Assembly (NCBI GenBank): GCA_002269645.1
Contig: NIVC01000209.1
Location: 159,619 to 223,618 of the forward strand
DNA length: 64,000 bases
Direction: 5' to 3'
From: Macrostomum lignano
Lineage: Eukaryota
Made by a program: the position numbers and the translations under genes. Below are positions 62,294 through 64,000 of the stretch, one piece after another (position 1 is the first letter of the stretch; each line of letters starts with the position of its first letter). Below the pieces are notes generated by a model. That model made no database searches and was not told the DNA's origin. It was given only the letters and a program-made list of their open reading frames with translations.

Positions 62294-64000
62294 CTTTTGC
62301 CTTCTTTATAATTTGGTTTTCTCAAGATTCATCAGGACTGGAAAGGTCATAATACATTGATTTACAAATGACAAGTCTTAAAGTTTCTGCCAAAAGCACT
62401 GATGAGAAAAATTTAAACCTCCAAGCATAAAAAAATTATAGGTACTATAAAGCCACAAATGGCTTGCTTAGTTTTACAAATTTGAGTAATTTCAAATTTG
62501 GTATTATTCATTTTAAACTTAAACTTTAAACTTTCGACTTGATGAAAAGCTATCTTACATATAGCTAATTAGTGAATTTTCTTTAAAAAAGTCTATACAT
62601 TTTTAACTGATTTGTGGTAAGCCTCAAATAGAAGGATTTTCCTTAATTTTTATATTAAAACATGGATGTTCAGATATGTACATCATTTTCTATAAATAAT
62701 CCTTAAGCAAATAAAGCATCAAGATTGTTCTTGGCAATTTTTTTTCGCAGAAAAATATATTCTTGACAATTCAAGCTTTTAAGTAAAAGTCAGTGAGCTA
62801 CTCTCACTAAAAGGAAAACATTTTATGATAGATAGTAATAGTATCTGTATGAATTTATTCATTTAGAGAATTTTTCAAAATATTATAACTGTTTGCGATT
62901 GATTAAATAATTTTAAAACATTAGAATAGGTACTTATAATAAGTATCACACACTAAGTGTTCATTATCAACTTTAAAAACATAGAAATTATAATTAGATG
63001 TATTGCTGGTTCAATAAAATCGAACCTTTTGAATCTACTTCAATGTATTTAATCTAACCCGCCAATTAATTTGTCAATTTCATTGAACCCACACTAAATT
63101 CTATACGTAAACTGACCCCATGCTTTTATGATATCTGTCCAAACCATAAAGGATCCCTATAGGATCGTGACGTGACTGGAGTTGCGTTGCGTCGTTCTAC
63201 ATCTCCTGTACTTAACTTTGCTTTTATATATGAAGTATGCGCATTCAAAATGTCGAAAAAATATGGAAAAAGTTTTATTGGCTATGAGCTCTCATTAAAT
63301 TCATAAAATATTTGCCAATGCGCATAATATATAGTGAATACAAAACCTTAATGTAAAGTGTTTCAGTGATAAATTAGATAATAATAGTTCGTTGCAGCCA
63401 AGTTAGATGTCTCTTATTTACCATAGTTAATAGCATAAAAGAGATTTAAAATTTATAAATCTGTGGTTTTTAGTATATAAATCATAAATTTTGCTTTCGA
63501 ATATCAAGTAGTGGGCTATTAGAAAACTTAGCTGTACATTTTGTTTTAAATAATAACAAATAGGACTAAATTTCAAAGTTCATAAAAGTTTTCGCTGTGA
63601 AGCCCCCTGAGTAATTTATATACTTATGCAAATGAAGAGGTCTAAAATGCATGCATTTAATAACTACCAATGTATAATATTAACGTCGGACGTCGGTTTC
63701 ATTTACAGACTGGTTTTTCGTAAAAAAATCGATACCAAGCAATATGCGCTCCAGTTTAGTAGACCCCTATACAAGTTCTAAAGTCAGGATGCGCAATTTT
63801 CACATTTGCATCTTCGGATCTTTGATCTTGCACGCATTAACGCATAGACTGGGCCTAGCCATAGCATAGCCATAGACCTAGGCTATTACTATGGTTATTG
63901 CTATGCTGTCTCTAATGAAGAGTCATTTCAGTTCCTGAAAAAGGCATTAGGCCCTAGTTAGTTCTAGCTTAAATTAGGCCATATGGCTAACTAAGAAAAT

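Noticed and set aside
62300-64000. Further VWA3B 5' exons or another gene
   Set aside because: AT-rich sequence with no supportable ORF or RNA gene.

Overview
Eukaryotic (animal) genomic DNA. GC-rich exons are separated by introns that mostly carry their own minisatellite. That pattern suggests a flatworm such as Macrostomum, but this is an inference. Genes reconstructed by hand from splice sites and reading frames: (1) three tandem paralogues of a small secreted WSC + PAN/Apple-like protein (68-2467, 5327-6630, 14172-19464, +); (2) a secreted fibrinogen-domain protein (20219-23271, +); (3) a CAF1/CNOT7-type deadenylase (29540-32302, +); (4) a roughly 21-exon VWA3B-like gene (38213-62293, -) with extra Tudor-like/DUF4537-type units and about four apparent 1-nt frameshifts; (5) an FKBP4/5-like FKBP-FKBP-TPR gene nested antisense in a VWA3B intron (51378-54411, +). 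Mobile DNA: a full-length but dead Hsmar2/irritans-like mariner, an older mariner remnant, the 3' end of an RNase H-bearing LINE whose tail runs into a 1.35-kb (TAGT)n tract, tRNA-derived SINEs (one CORE-like), a TA-flanked MITE, and a Crypton-like tyrosine-recombinase fragment next to a perfect 35-bp hairpin. All family assignments come from recalled motifs; no database search was run. Repeat boundaries are approximate.
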